Below, one piece after another: positions 40,101 to 52,246 of a stretch of DNA of 64,000 nt. A program made the position numbers and the translations under genes. A model generated the notes under the pieces. That model made no database searches and had not been told where the DNA came from. It worked only from the letters and a program-made list of their open reading frames with translations. This DNA comes from Tubulanus polymorphus (lineage: Eukaryota > Animalia > Nemertea): contig NC_134025.1 in NCBI RefSeq assembly GCF_964204645.1, positions 6,696,001 through 6,760,000 of the forward strand, given 5' to 3'. Every line of letters begins with the position of its first letter. Position 1 is the stretch's first letter.

Positions 40101-43100
40101 TGTATGAGCATTGGTATTCAGTTGAAGGTCAGATATCGTGATAATGAGATTCGTAAAGCTGCGAGTTGAATTCGACTGCGGAATTACGCTAAGGTTATCA
40201 AAATCTTACGTCAAATTGAAACCCATGTAATGATTGTGTAAAACTGCTTGGAGATGATTACTCCAAGGTAACTGGCTCAGGGTCTCAACGACTCCTTGAT
40301 TCCGTAACAATTCCTTCTAAACAGAAAATGCTTTTAAAGGTGCTTAAAACTCGATTTGAGCAAAACTGAGCAAAAAAATTTGAGCAAAATGCCTGAAATT
40401 CCTTTAAAACTCCTTCAATTCTGAGAAATAGGCAATACAAAGTGTTTATAGCTGTACCGTAAACTACGCCTAAATCGGTAGAGTATGGGGCCAGGATTTT
40501 TTCTGAATTATAGCCTAGGCGGTTATTGAATTAGAAATTGAGGTTAGGTAACAAAAAGGACAAAAACTTGCTTACAAAATCACCGAAATAATGGTTCACT
40601 GAGATAAACAGTACCGATTGTACAGGAGTCTATTGTAATTGGGATATTATGAAAGTGATGCAGACACTTCCTCGAAATTTGAAATTGTCTCCGATTGAAA
40701 TTGTCTCCGATAAAACTCCTTACATCAAGAAATGGCTGATCTGTAGGCACCCTGTGGCTTCACATAACAAACATCATGAAACCTTCCAAATACATACAAT
40801 CTAAGGTCAAGACAATTAACCATATGACATTACCTGGAAAAAACAACATTTAAAAAAACTAACCTGCATCATGTCCTCAATTTCATTGATTACTTGTTCA
40901 GCAGTGACCATGGGTGTATCATGGTGAAGACTAGATATAATAAGTGAATGCATGTCGAACTGTTGAGTGAGTTCTTCATCTTCAGATAGGTCCAATTCCG
41001 GTGACACGCGTTCTTCCTGAAAATGATGAAAATATTCAGATATTCATATAAATAATAAGTTACCAGAATAATCCGTAATCAATCAAGAAAAATGATTATA
41101 ATGTACGTATCCAAAAATACCCCTTAACTCCTTAACTAACTAATAACTTAGTGACTAAGTTAATCAGTTCATATGATAAGAACGAACTAATCATCAATCA
41201 ATCTTCAATGAAATAGTCTGAATTAATCAAATTCAGCGCGAAAAAATACCTAAAAATATACGCTGAAATCTACTTAAAAATAGACCCAGCTTAATTCTGA
41301 AAATTAGATACGAACATCGACGAAGATCATCCGATTAAAAATATACCTCATAATTATTATTTTGTTCTAATGGTTTATATTTACAAGTACTGCACGATGG
41401 ACATGTTTTCGAACGACAAAAACAAAATGTCCAATACGTAGTTGGCAACATCATTTTTCATCGGATACCGATCTGTTGCTGCGATTAAGCTGGCAGCTTG
41501 CCGACCTCTGACTATTATAACCAGAATGAAACGGCGAGAGAGAGAGAGAGGCAAGTCAGACATGAATCATTCCGTGAACAAAATCGCCATTAACGATGGT
41601 CTAATTTCTCAGAAGATACGTCGTCGTCGTGGTGCAAGCCGTCATGTCGCTTCATCCTGTAGAATTCGCAATCGTCTCAAATCCACAACACGACTGAATA
41701 TCTAAACGCTGAATATCGATCGGTCGAAACAAAACCGATATCGAATAGAAAAATTAGCCAATTTCTTCTGCATTAACAATGACTATCAGGAACTATGCCT
41801 CTTCATGTTGTATGTTCGCTACCAATAACAATCATTTTTTTCAGGACAAAGCCTTCTTAATTCAACGAATGACTTCACAATTTATCATTAGAATCTAACC
41901 CAATACCAGCCTAAATTTATTTCGTAATTTCTCATGGATTTCACATTTCTATCATTAGAACCCAATCCAAAACCATCCTGAACTTTTTTTGTAATTTCTC
42001 ATGGATTCCTACTACTATTAATTCTAACAATTTGTGGGAGTCGCCTGTACTATAATTTAGTTTTTAATCAGCTTGGAAACAGAATGTTTTCTATGACAGT
42101 ACTTCTGCTCCGAAATTGCCCTTGCTATAAAACAAATTTCATTCGATTCAACTCTGATAGTGGACTAATTGGGTGACAAACGTCCGTCAATTTCAAACGA
42201 ACCCTTTTAATACCGGATAAATACTACATTACTGCCATAAAACTGCTATAAAATTAATCTGTCAATTCATTTATGTTCCATGTTTAGAATTCGCATTGAT
42301 TTCAAACACAATGATTTGGATTGTTGTGAGAAAAATCAATCGCGATTAGCGAACTAAATATTGGAGAACTAAAAATTAATTCAAACTCAAAGCGAGAACT
42401 TTTTTACCACAACCGTAGAATAGCACGTTGTAACTGCCAGACAGTGGTAATTCGACACAGGACTGTAACACACTCAACACTACATCATTACTTATTCCAG
42501 CAGAATATACATCTATGATCAATACATACACCACTGACAGCATCATCAATAAAAACTAGCTGACACAATGATGAAACCATTTTGCATTGGTTGACGCCGA
42601 TATTTACCATTAAAAATTGATCGGCTGTTGATGAATCGTGGCATTTTGTTCGTTCCTGAGATTGACTTCGTCAAAAACCTTAATATACAAAAGAATTTGA
42701 CTTTCGAGGTTATGGCTCAGATCCTCAGATCAATCGAGCCATATTCGCGGATTTCCATTCTAACAATGCATAGGCCTGCATGATTCGCTCTGAGGGAAAC
42801 GTAATACTGACGAAAAAACATTTTCACCAACAAAATTACTGCGATTAGGGTCAATGTAAGCTGGAATATCAAATATTGATCGATCTTACTGAGACTGATG
42901 GCGGTGCCGGGCTGGCACGGATCCAGCCCATTGGCATAATACTGTCAAACACGTCTAGAAATTCAAGTACCATTCAAAGTTTTGCTGACCATATTTTTTA
43001 CGCGTATATCAACACCTGTTAGTATCAAAGAGCCTTTATACGCCTTTAAATGCCATGAAATAGCGCTAAAATTTCATCAAAACTTCCCAGACCGTCAGCA

Positions 43101-46030
43101 TTGGCTTATTGCATGCGACGCTTAAAGAGTTTACGTCGATAGAAAAAGTGCCCTCATTTCACAAAGTGCCCTAAATTGTTTTCCAATACTGTATTTAAGC
43201 TGGATTCGCGCTCGCCGGTGAAGCCATTAAAAAAGCTGTAGCTCCGCTCACTGCGTTATTACCACCACTCAAACCGACACCACGCTATCAAAAATACAGA
43301 AACCAACCAAGTCTTCGAAACATGCTATCAACTACGCTCGCTTAGATTCTTAAACACATTCACCACTTCATCAAGCATCCAATTTTTATCGTAAGGATTT
43401 TTTCGAGGAGGCGTGATATCGAGAGAAATAGAGGTGGATGAGAACAGCGTAGCACGAGCTTCTTCTCTCAAATCAGACTATACAACACACTACCATGGTA
43501 ACCATTTACTCAATATTCCATATCAGTAACAACGTTGTTTGTATGAAACGATAGACGTAGACATCAAAGTCTACTTCACTACCACCCGTGTGTACCAATC
43601 ATCCATTTCATTTAGCTGCAATCTGCCCAAAATAAGATACAAAGACAATGACATTTCGTCTTTTTGATGAGCTACTGTTTACTAAGCAGGGGCTTGGTCG
43701 TTGCCATTTTGGACGATAAAAAGGTTTTCTTTGGTGAAAAAATGTTCATTTATTAACAACTGAGGCTTGGTCGGGTGGTGGCACTTTCTTTCTTGGAAGT
43801 ATGGCGTTTGTTTACAACGCGAACTCAGGTGTTTTATCAGTACACAACTTCTATGATCATAGTTGACCTGAGCAGGTGTGTTTAAAATCTTCTGTTATCT
43901 CTCTTTCTCTCTCTACTGGAATTCCTCACTTCAAGAGAGAACAACTATTCAGCACCATTCAGCTAGCAATACTCAAGTACAAGCCAGCAATCTATACGCA
44001 ATGAGCAAATTAGAAAAAAATACCAACAAAATACCCCGATATACTCTAAACTCTTCACGTAATGTCTGTTTTCAGCAGACAGTTCCCTTTTTATTTCGTG
44101 AACTAAAATAATACTGAAAACAGCGCAGAAATTCGATCGGTTGATAAAAAGAATTGTTCAATATATGAATGTAGAAGGGCTTTTTTATTCAAACGAAGGG
44201 CAAACTACACAAATCCCTGGATACATATCATCGGGATAATGCTTCATTTATAAACGATGTACGCAATGATGGACAGTGGAAATACCGTTTTTCTCCCGAG
44301 ACAAAACCAAATTTACTTAATCCGACATTACCGGCAAGAATACAGGAAGGCTTTTACGCATAGATCCACATACACCTAGATTACCAACAGCTTAACCCAT
44401 TCACAATGAGCAGAATAGCAAATGGGCCTATATTCGAGGAAAGCGGTTCAATATGTATTGAGTTACGCGTAGGCAACCGATAATCATAACCTGGCTATTT
44501 CAATCGTGATGAAAATAACATTAATTCAAAAGATGCTTACCTTTTTTTCACCGAGTTTAAGGGCTTTTGTTTGTAACTGTCTTGCATATGATTTGGACCA
44601 ATCAATAGGTAATATATTTCCATAATTGCCAGTAATGGTCCACCACATTCTGAAGAGGATAGATAAATTTTGGTCAAATCCATGTTTACATGCTTGATAC
44701 TCGAAAACGAGAAAACAATTATTTTTCTAGATAAATGGATGTCTAGGGAATAACTTTTTATTGATTGGTACAGCTTAGGGCGTATATGACAGCAGTACGT
44801 ATTGCAAATTAGATTCTTCGATTGTTGGAAATTCTAGTTAACGCCGAACAATCCTCCTTTATTGTTTTAACTGAAGGCATATAACAGCAGAGGCTGTTTT
44901 GCACTCCTACATAAAAAGTAATTAGTTTCCATGGCAACTGTGACTTTCATGTAAATGATCTGTACTCAGAGTCTGACTATACAACTTCCCCTAAAGCATT
45001 CTTTACCAGCAGTTTATTATACTGACTGAGATATGTTTGGGTGACATATAAATAGTAATTCAGGACAATACTAGATGAAGTAATAGGTTACAAGAATTCA
45101 CTTAAGCATACAGTGAAAATGCCACCGATTAATATTATATAGAGAATATAAAAATTGCTATAGGTTAAACAGGGCCAATATTTATATATGAATTTAAGGT
45201 GGATACATTTTTTAATTTCTTTTTTATTGAGTTAGGCTATAGCTCCTCTTAATGTTGACCAATTATAGCAATTCTGATTACATGTAAGTCTAATTGAGAT
45301 GATGATAGATTTAATTCAGTGAGAAATCTGTATTGAAGAATCATACAAATATAAACTGATGATATACAATGGATTCCAGATTAGATAAATTATCTGCATT
45401 GAGCTCAGTAGTGACATATGGACTGATGTATTTTCTATTCTAATCATTCCTCGATATTACTGATGGATTAAGGGATTCTTTTAAATAGCTTCATTAATTC
45501 ATAAAAGCCCCATTAACTTAAAAAAAAACACAAGTTCAGACTGACTGGGGGGAAAATAACATGTCTAGTTGCACTCCTTCACTGAGCAGACACCAGACAT
45601 GGGAGGTAGAAGGAAGGGTGGATGACCGAGTGCTGTCTGCAACTGACTGCAAATGTGGAACTTCCAGATTTCCATTTTAAAATACAACATAGCAACAATT
45701 GAATACATACTGGCAATCAGTCATGATTTCCTCTTGTGATCTGACTTGCACTGGAGCAAATTTCTCGACTTTTTCCTCATAGTTACAGAAGCACTTGGTA
45801 ATTTTCTCATCGAATGTGTTCACAAGGTCTTCTAAAGAACCGGAGAAAGTCTCGTTGAAATTGTCAACCATCGACCCTTCTTTTCGTTCAGGTGCACCTT
45901 CAATGTCTTTATTTGAATTTGCTATATCCGAAGACGTCTGGAAATCGTGAAATTCGTTCCATTCATCGGTTTCAAAAGTGGCTAAAGGAGCTTCAAAATT
46001 CAGCTCCGCCATCTTCGGTTCCCTCATCAT
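26644..46030 (-). CDS. Fasciculation and elongation protein zeta (FEZ1/FEZ2, UNC-76 family), ~373 aa (46030-45711, 44649-44541, 41016-40864, 34532-34415, 28294-28032, 27947-27872, 27498-27433, 26660-26644)
   Basis: Family motifs SLEDLVNTFDEKITKCF, WWTITGNYGNILPIDWSKSY, FDMHSLIIS...TAEQVINEIEDMMQ, coiled coil LALRDELEYEKELKNQFISLLLSIQKKRR, FLTTVIPY, and VPSLLTDYILKVLCPT*. Exons sum to 1122 nt with consistent phases. Confidence 0.95.
31073..31121. repeat. (GA)n microsatellite
   Basis: Direct read; one GC interruption. Confidence 0.95.
34063..34289. mobile_element. CAGGG-terminal MITE (family B), second copy
   Basis: CAGTGTGGCCACT...AGTGGCCATCCTG; internal repeats shared with 15283-15556. Confidence 0.65.
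36779..36928. mobile_element. Tc1/pogo-type MITE, degraded copy in opposite orientation to 46694-46867
   Basis: CAGCGTAACCTCGTTATA...CGAACATATTTCCTGGTCCCCTGAAGTTCGTTGTAAC aligns with the reverse complement of the 46694 element. Confidence 0.6.
37031..37329. mobile_element. MITE-like element with GGCCCGGGCC motifs (possibly PIF/Harbinger)
   Basis: Imperfect ends AGCCGCGATCAC / GTGACACAGCT, with recurring internal GGCCCGGGCC palindromes. Confidence 0.45.
39269..39657. repeat. 43-bp minisatellite, ~9 near-identical copies
   Basis: Unit TCTCAGGACTGGACTACAGACAACTGTGTCTTTACATCAAGCA. It explains the three overlapping periodic ORFs at 39198-39722. Confidence 0.95.
40278..40754. mobile_element. CAGGG-terminal non-autonomous DNA transposon (family A)
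   Basis: CAGGGT...ACCCTG ends and CTCCTT-rich subterminal repeats; related to 13870. Confidence 0.55.
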
Positions 46031-46311
46031 GACAGATTGGCTTCACCAGCACCTGGCGCCATCTACTAATAAACAAATGAGTTAAAAGCCCGAGGTATCT
46101 CTTATGGAAGCCCTGAGACGACATTTGCCAGTTGCGAGTTGAGCATGATCTCATGATGCGCCATCAACAACTGTCAACGGGCCCAGTTTAACGTGCAGTG
46201 TCTTATTGGTTTTGCCGTTGATATAATCGCAGTAAAAGCTTGTCGGCAGACCAGTTGGCGGGATTATTTTTTGGATTGAAAAAAAGAAGTAGATTGCAAA
46301 AATAAAATACA

Positions 46312-46525
46312 GGGCCTAGTTTCAGAAAAAGGTTTAATTGATTTAATTTCTTCATTAATTCAGTTTATCTTAAACGATTTAAGCCTCCAGGGCTTAGTTT
46401 AACAAAAAATAAATAAAACTCAAAGTTTTGGTATAATTGCCATTGGTTACATCATGTTTTCAATAAGGACAACAATTCTGAAACTTGACCGTTTCAGGCT
46501 TAAACGTTTTCGTGAAACTGGGCCT
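46312..46525. mobile_element. PIF/Harbinger-like MITE
   Basis: Ends GGGCCTAGTTTCAGAAAA...TTTTCGTGAAACTGGGCCT. A homologous shorter copy lies at 55260-55390. Confidence 0.7.
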
Positions 46526-46693
46526 AGGATTTGCTATATTAAACTTAACTAAACCAATGACAAATTTTAAAATCAATCATATTCAGATGTTCTCTAAACA
46601 CGTCTCCCTTCTCTGATAGGGGATCCTAACAATGGGATCCGTCATCCTACGAGGTCCGATTCTCACCAAGAATGCCTATCGTGGAAGAAAACA

Positions 46694-46867
46694 CAGTGAA
46701 ACCTCCGAGTTACAGCGAACTTTCAAGGGACCAGAAAATCTGTTCGTTATAACTGATAGTTCATAATCATATCCAGTATGCAATTAGTGAAATTGAGTTA
46801 CTTCGGAGAAAATTCTATATTATCTGATGAATCGTTGTACTGAGTTCGTTATAACGAGGTTCCACTG
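46694..46867. mobile_element. Tc1/pogo-type MITE
   Basis: CAGTGAAACCTC...GAGGTTCCACTG-TA with internal GTTCGTTATAAC repeats. Confidence 0.7.
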
Positions 46868-47172
46868 TATAAGCTTTCACCTCGGTGCTTTTTCGAAAAT
46901 TCCAAATCAGACAAATTCCAAACATTCATGTGTTTGTGTGATGAAAGCTTTACATTCAATTCATCTATTTTCATCATTACAGTAAATACTAAGTGCTCTC
47001 ATCATCGTCACTGCTTTCATCTTCACCACCACCTGTATCCATCTTTTTCTTTCTTCCGTATTTTCATTATCGTCGTCGACAGCCTCTACGATCGGTCCGT
47101 CTGCTGTGTTCTCTTACTAAAAAACAAACACTTCACTTCAAATTCAATGGAACTTTCCACCTGAGAGGGAGC

Positions 47173-47544
47173 GGGATACCCCTGTACATCTTCTATTCAG
47201 CATCAGTACCACTCTGAATCAGTATCAGTAATTACTGGGTTTGAACCCGGGACACCCCCGTACATCCTCTATTCTGCATCAGGACCACTCTGAATCAGTA
47301 TCAGTAATTACTGGGTTCGAACTCGGGACACCCCTGTTCATCCCTTATCCATCCGGACCACCCTGAATCACAGTAATTGATGGGTTTGAACCCGGGACAT
47401 CCCTTTACATCCTCTATTCAGCATCAGGACCACTCTCAAACAGTATCAGTAATTACTGGGTTTGAACCCGGGACACCCCTGTGCATCCTCTATTCAGCAT
47501 CAGGACCACTCTGAACTAGTATCAGTAATTACTGGGTTCGAACC
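47173..47544. repeat. ~76-bp tandem repeat, 5 copies, each with a Pol III B-box-like GGGTT(C/T)GAACCC
   Basis: Unit GGGACACCCCTGTACATCCTCTATTCAGCATCAGGACCACTCTGAATCAGTATCAGTAATTACTGGGTTCGAACCC. Confidence 0.9.
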
Positions 47545-50500
47545 TTAGAGACGATCAGGAGGTCATCGGCTACATTTACCGAAAGCATGAAGAAAATAAA
47601 AACAATGATTTTTACAAGAGAAACACAAATCTCATGTAATTAATCATGTAATGTTAACACCAAAAGAAGGATACTGGGTGCCACTTTTAAAGGCAAAGTT
47701 AACTATTCAGGACTCTGCTTCTGTATATAAAAATCACACCGATCATCAGTGGGATTATCAAATTAGCGGGTGGTGAAATATATATGCCGTCGGGCACTTA
47801 AATTTTAGACCGTTCAAACAATGTATTGGGCAATACGGTCTGGATCCGCCCCTGATGGCTATAGTGACAATCAAAAAGATTGCTAATTTCGTAATTACTC
47901 TTCGGCAGCTCAACACACGCTTCTAACCGGTCAACAAGTGTTAGTGTGTCCGGGTTGAAGTGGTAAGCTGTATTGCCAATATTCGATTATCATATTTTCC
48001 GGACATCCTCGTCTCCGCACAATGTTGGTGGGAATATTGGGTTGAAAAAAGAGATGGATTGCAAGATAACAAAAAACCACTGGTGAACTAACAAAGTTCG
48101 GAGTAGCTAAACAGATAAAGAATTTCAATCATATTTATTCTCATACAGTGTACAACAATTATACAAAATGCCAGGTTTGTGCTCGAGGAATTATAACGTA
48201 AGCTCCTCAAACACGTGGACTGTATTTCAAAAACAGTCCAACCATTGACGTATAAACTATAAACTAGAGTTTATACATCCATGGTCCAACCATAGACTCT
48301 AAAACAGAAACGTCTATGGCCCACAACCATGGACTCTCGAGTCCATGGCTCCCCGCACTAAAACCAGAGATAAAACTGGCCAAATACTCTGGAAAGCGTA
48401 AGATTTAATGAATCAATCTGATTTACATTTTTACTCCTTAAAATTTGACCCGGCCGGCCACCTATCTACCAAGGTATTACTTTAAAATCATGATCAAGCT
48501 AACCATAACAGACCCGGCAGATAGAAATTAACTGATTACAAATTTAATTGATTGATGAAATGACCCGACCGATCAGGAAAAGCAAGGTATCATTTTTAGC
48601 CTTATAATAATGACTTAGATTATTCAATAATAAAATTACTAGCTTTTAATATCACATATCATGCAAGGTATTTCAAGGTTTTTATTCAAATTTCCACTGC
48701 AACTGATTAATACAATTTGAATCGATAGGAAAATAACAAAATTACACAAGGAATTGTAAACTTTGATCCATAAAACACCGACAATTGGGACTAGTCTGAA
48801 TGTCTAAGACCATTAATTTGACATTTCATGATGTCACCGGGCATAAGTGACACTTGATTATTTCATGAAATATGAAGCATTCTATCATATCAACTATACA
48901 GCAAATGACAATGTAAGAAAGATTTCTGCTTATACAAAAAACTGCAAAACATATCTCCAGCATATAAACATTAAAGCTGGACATAAAACCACAAATTCAT
49001 TCAAATAATCAATCTCATTTCATTTCATTAACATTATTTTTACAAGAAAACTGAAATTTTGCAAACTTTGCTTTGTATTCGAGGAATTATCAGTTCTTCG
49101 TTAACCAATGGGTGAACTGTATTTGAAAAAAAACACAGTTCAACATAAAAGCATTAAAATCAGAGATAAAACCTAAAGATTAACTCTGGAAAGCTTGAGA
49201 TTAGCTAATCAATCTTTATTTTCATTTTCATTAAAATTATTTTCCAAGATAACTAGAGTTTTACAAGATAACTAGAGTTTTTCTAACTTTGCCTGAGATT
49301 TTCAAACATTATCAGTTTGCTCATTTAATACAACGTTATTTCAGGAAAAACATGACAATAATTTTACTATCGATAACTAATCACGTTTATAGCTGTTTAA
49401 CATTCTTTCTAAAAAGAGTGAAATGTATCTCCCAGATATTATCCCTAAAACAATTAACAGTTACAGCAGTGATAGGGTGTGATATATAGGTAAAGGGACG
49501 CATGATCTTTCATCAGTTATTTGAAGCATTCTATCGAAACAGATATTTTTTAGTGTGTTTGTTTAGTTAAGGTTTATGTTATTTGTTTTGTTTATTACTG
49601 AGCCGATAGAATGCTTAAAACAACAACAGAAAGGATCTCAAGAGGTTGGGAAACACGGAGAAGGTTGTTCTATGAAAGAAGAACCTTTAATAATTGGATT
49701 AAGTTGATAAGAAAAAATACCCGATGATAAAGGCCCTATATAGAGTATTTACTAATTGTTTGTTGGTTTTGTTTATTTTTATTACTTATAATTTAATTTG
49801 TTATATATCTTTTTATTAATTGTTTTTTTTAATGTATTTTTCTTAATTATGTTCTATGTATTTTGTGCTATTTATTACAATCTACATCATCAGGAATTTT
49901 TTATCGGTGAAATTATGGGCTCACTTAAAAAAAGTGCTACAAATTCACTGCTGCACCTAAATAATAGTTTATTATAAAACACCCCGATTATTATGAAAGC
50001 CACTCAACCTTATGATATGGATGACAATGAAAGAAGTTAAATTAAAACAGCTATAAACAAAATCAAAACGATCAAAATCAAGTTCAGGTGTTCAAACTAA
50101 TAACGTTCCAACAACATCCTTTATTGCGTTTAAAAGTTGCAACTGTTTAACTGACTGCGCTCTCCCTTTTGAACATTTAGGCTATGCAAATCATTTTCAC
50201 TCAATAAAATATAAAATGAATCACTGTTTCTAATATCAATAATCGAATAAAGACTAGGAGAGTAATTCATTCTATGAACTATATGATTATTACAAATTAA
50301 GCAAAGCTACGTTTAACTAAAGTATGAAGCTTGTCTGAACTATCCTGTCGATATTATATCTCAATTTACGTGTATTTCAACCGACCTACGAGTCAAACTG
50401 AGACGCTGAACGCGATCAATACCATGAATTAATGGAGCTTAAATTTTATGAGACTCCAAGAAGGAACTTTAAGGACTTAAATGACTCCAGGCGGATGCCA

Positions 50501-50722
50501 TTTTATTGAAATATTCAAATATGAATAGTTCCTTCTCAGGCCCAGAGCCCAAATTACCTAATTATCATTAATCAACATTTCAACAACTAATCAACTATTT
50601 CTTTAGTTTATTCTGCTCCTTCAAATAGACAGTGAATTTTGTAAACTCATGTTACACATCAGACTGATTTGTAAAAAGGTGATACATAAAATAAATCAAT
50701 ACCTCACATATTCTTCTGTAGT

Positions 50723-51027
50723 TGCTGCTCCTGAATAAGTGTTTATAAGATACGCATTGTCTGTGTGCTGCTCCTGAATAAGTGTTTATAAGACACGCAT
50801 TGTCAGTGCTGCTCCTGAATAAGTGTTTATAAGATACACATTGTCTTTGCTGCTGCTGAATTAGTGTTTATAAGATACGCATTGTCTGTGCATCTCCTGA
50901 ATAATAAGTGTTTATAAGATACGCATTGTCTCTGCTGCTCCTGAATAAGTGTTTATAAGATACGCATTGTCTCTGCTGCTCTTGAATAAGTGTTTATAAG
51001 ATACGCGTTGTCTCAGCTGCTCCTGAT
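50723..51027. repeat. ~42-bp minisatellite, ~7 copies
   Basis: Unit GCTGCTCCTGAATAAGTGTTTATAAGATACGCATTGTCTCT. Confidence 0.92.
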
Positions 51028-51039
51028 AATTGTTTATAC

Positions 51040-51345
51040 ATCTGGATATCTGGTATATCTATATTACAAGGTTAGCTTTTTTTCATCTGCGTATTTTAAT
51101 ACATCTAGATTTTGGATATCTATATTACAAGGTTAAATTTTTTTCTGTCTATTTAAAAAATTCGAGATTTTGGATATCTATATTACAAGGTAAACTTTTT
51201 TTTTCTGCCTATTTGAATACATTGAGATTTTGGATATCTTTATTACAAGGTTAACTTTTTTTCTGCCTATTTCAGAACATCTAGATTTTGGATATCTATA
51301 TTACAAGGTTAACTTTCTTTCTGCCTATTTCAAAACATCTAGATC
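51040..51345. repeat. ~59-bp minisatellite, ~5 copies, abutting the 42-bp array
   Basis: Unit ATCTAGATTTTGGATATCTATATTACAAGGTTAAC(T)nCTGCCTATTT..AAC; ends in TCTAGATCTAGATCTAG. Confidence 0.9.
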
Positions 51346-52246
51346 TAGATCTAGTTTGACGAACCCAGAATTCCCCAAAACCTAACTAAATTCAACAGAT
51401 CCCACACACATGTGGCCCAGTTAGACGCAGACGACATTACAGGATACAGTCGTCTTATCCACAGCGCTATTTTTTGAATAATTAGGGTTTTCTGACTTTC
51501 GTCGAAAACCCTCTTGAAATTCTGTTGATTATTATTATTATATATTTTCCGCCGATTTCGTCAAATAAAATTCATCTTCATTCAGATTCGGCAACTGACA
51601 GCTTCGAAACGAAATGTATAAATTGATACTGTAATAACGGTCTCTCTGAACCAACAGATTGTCTGAATGTACTTTCAATCCTATTTGAAACTTAAAATTA
51701 CTTATTAGGTTACTGTAAATATAGAATTGAATTGAATTGTTAGACAACAAGCACCGGCGAAATAACAGTTTGTGACGTCATTTAGTAAGTAAATAAAGGA
51801 GGGCTCCGAGAATTTCCAAATCACGGGGACTATACTGGGTTAGACCATTCAACCAAAAAGAGGATTGCTCCGATAATATCCAAATCATCAAATCGATCAC
51901 ATGCATCCATAAAACCCGTTATCGCTGCTTTGCAGCTATATTTTTCACTTATATTCATTGTATTAGATATCTAACGCAATCCGTTAATTAGTAATCATAC
52001 TAGCTACATTTTAATTGTCAGTTTAATTCATCACTATTTGAATTCATCAGAACTTAAGATAAAAGCACATTTTTAGTGGTAAATTAGAAATTCCCTAAAA
52101 CATGTCCCAGTATGTATGCATTCCTGTTGCTTATGCAGAATGAGGTCAAGACTGCCAGGTTCGGTTGCGGCAGGTCTTTCGGTGGTTGGTTAATTCAAGG
52201 TGGAGTCTTTTGTGGTCCTTTCTGGTAGGTAGATTTTAGATTGATA

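Noticed and set aside
42935-45050. Partial matches to miR-8 (TAATACTGTCA, ~42937) and miR-190 (AGATATGTTTG, ~45030) 5' ends
   Set aside because: Identity stops after ~11 nt and no precursor hairpin is visible.
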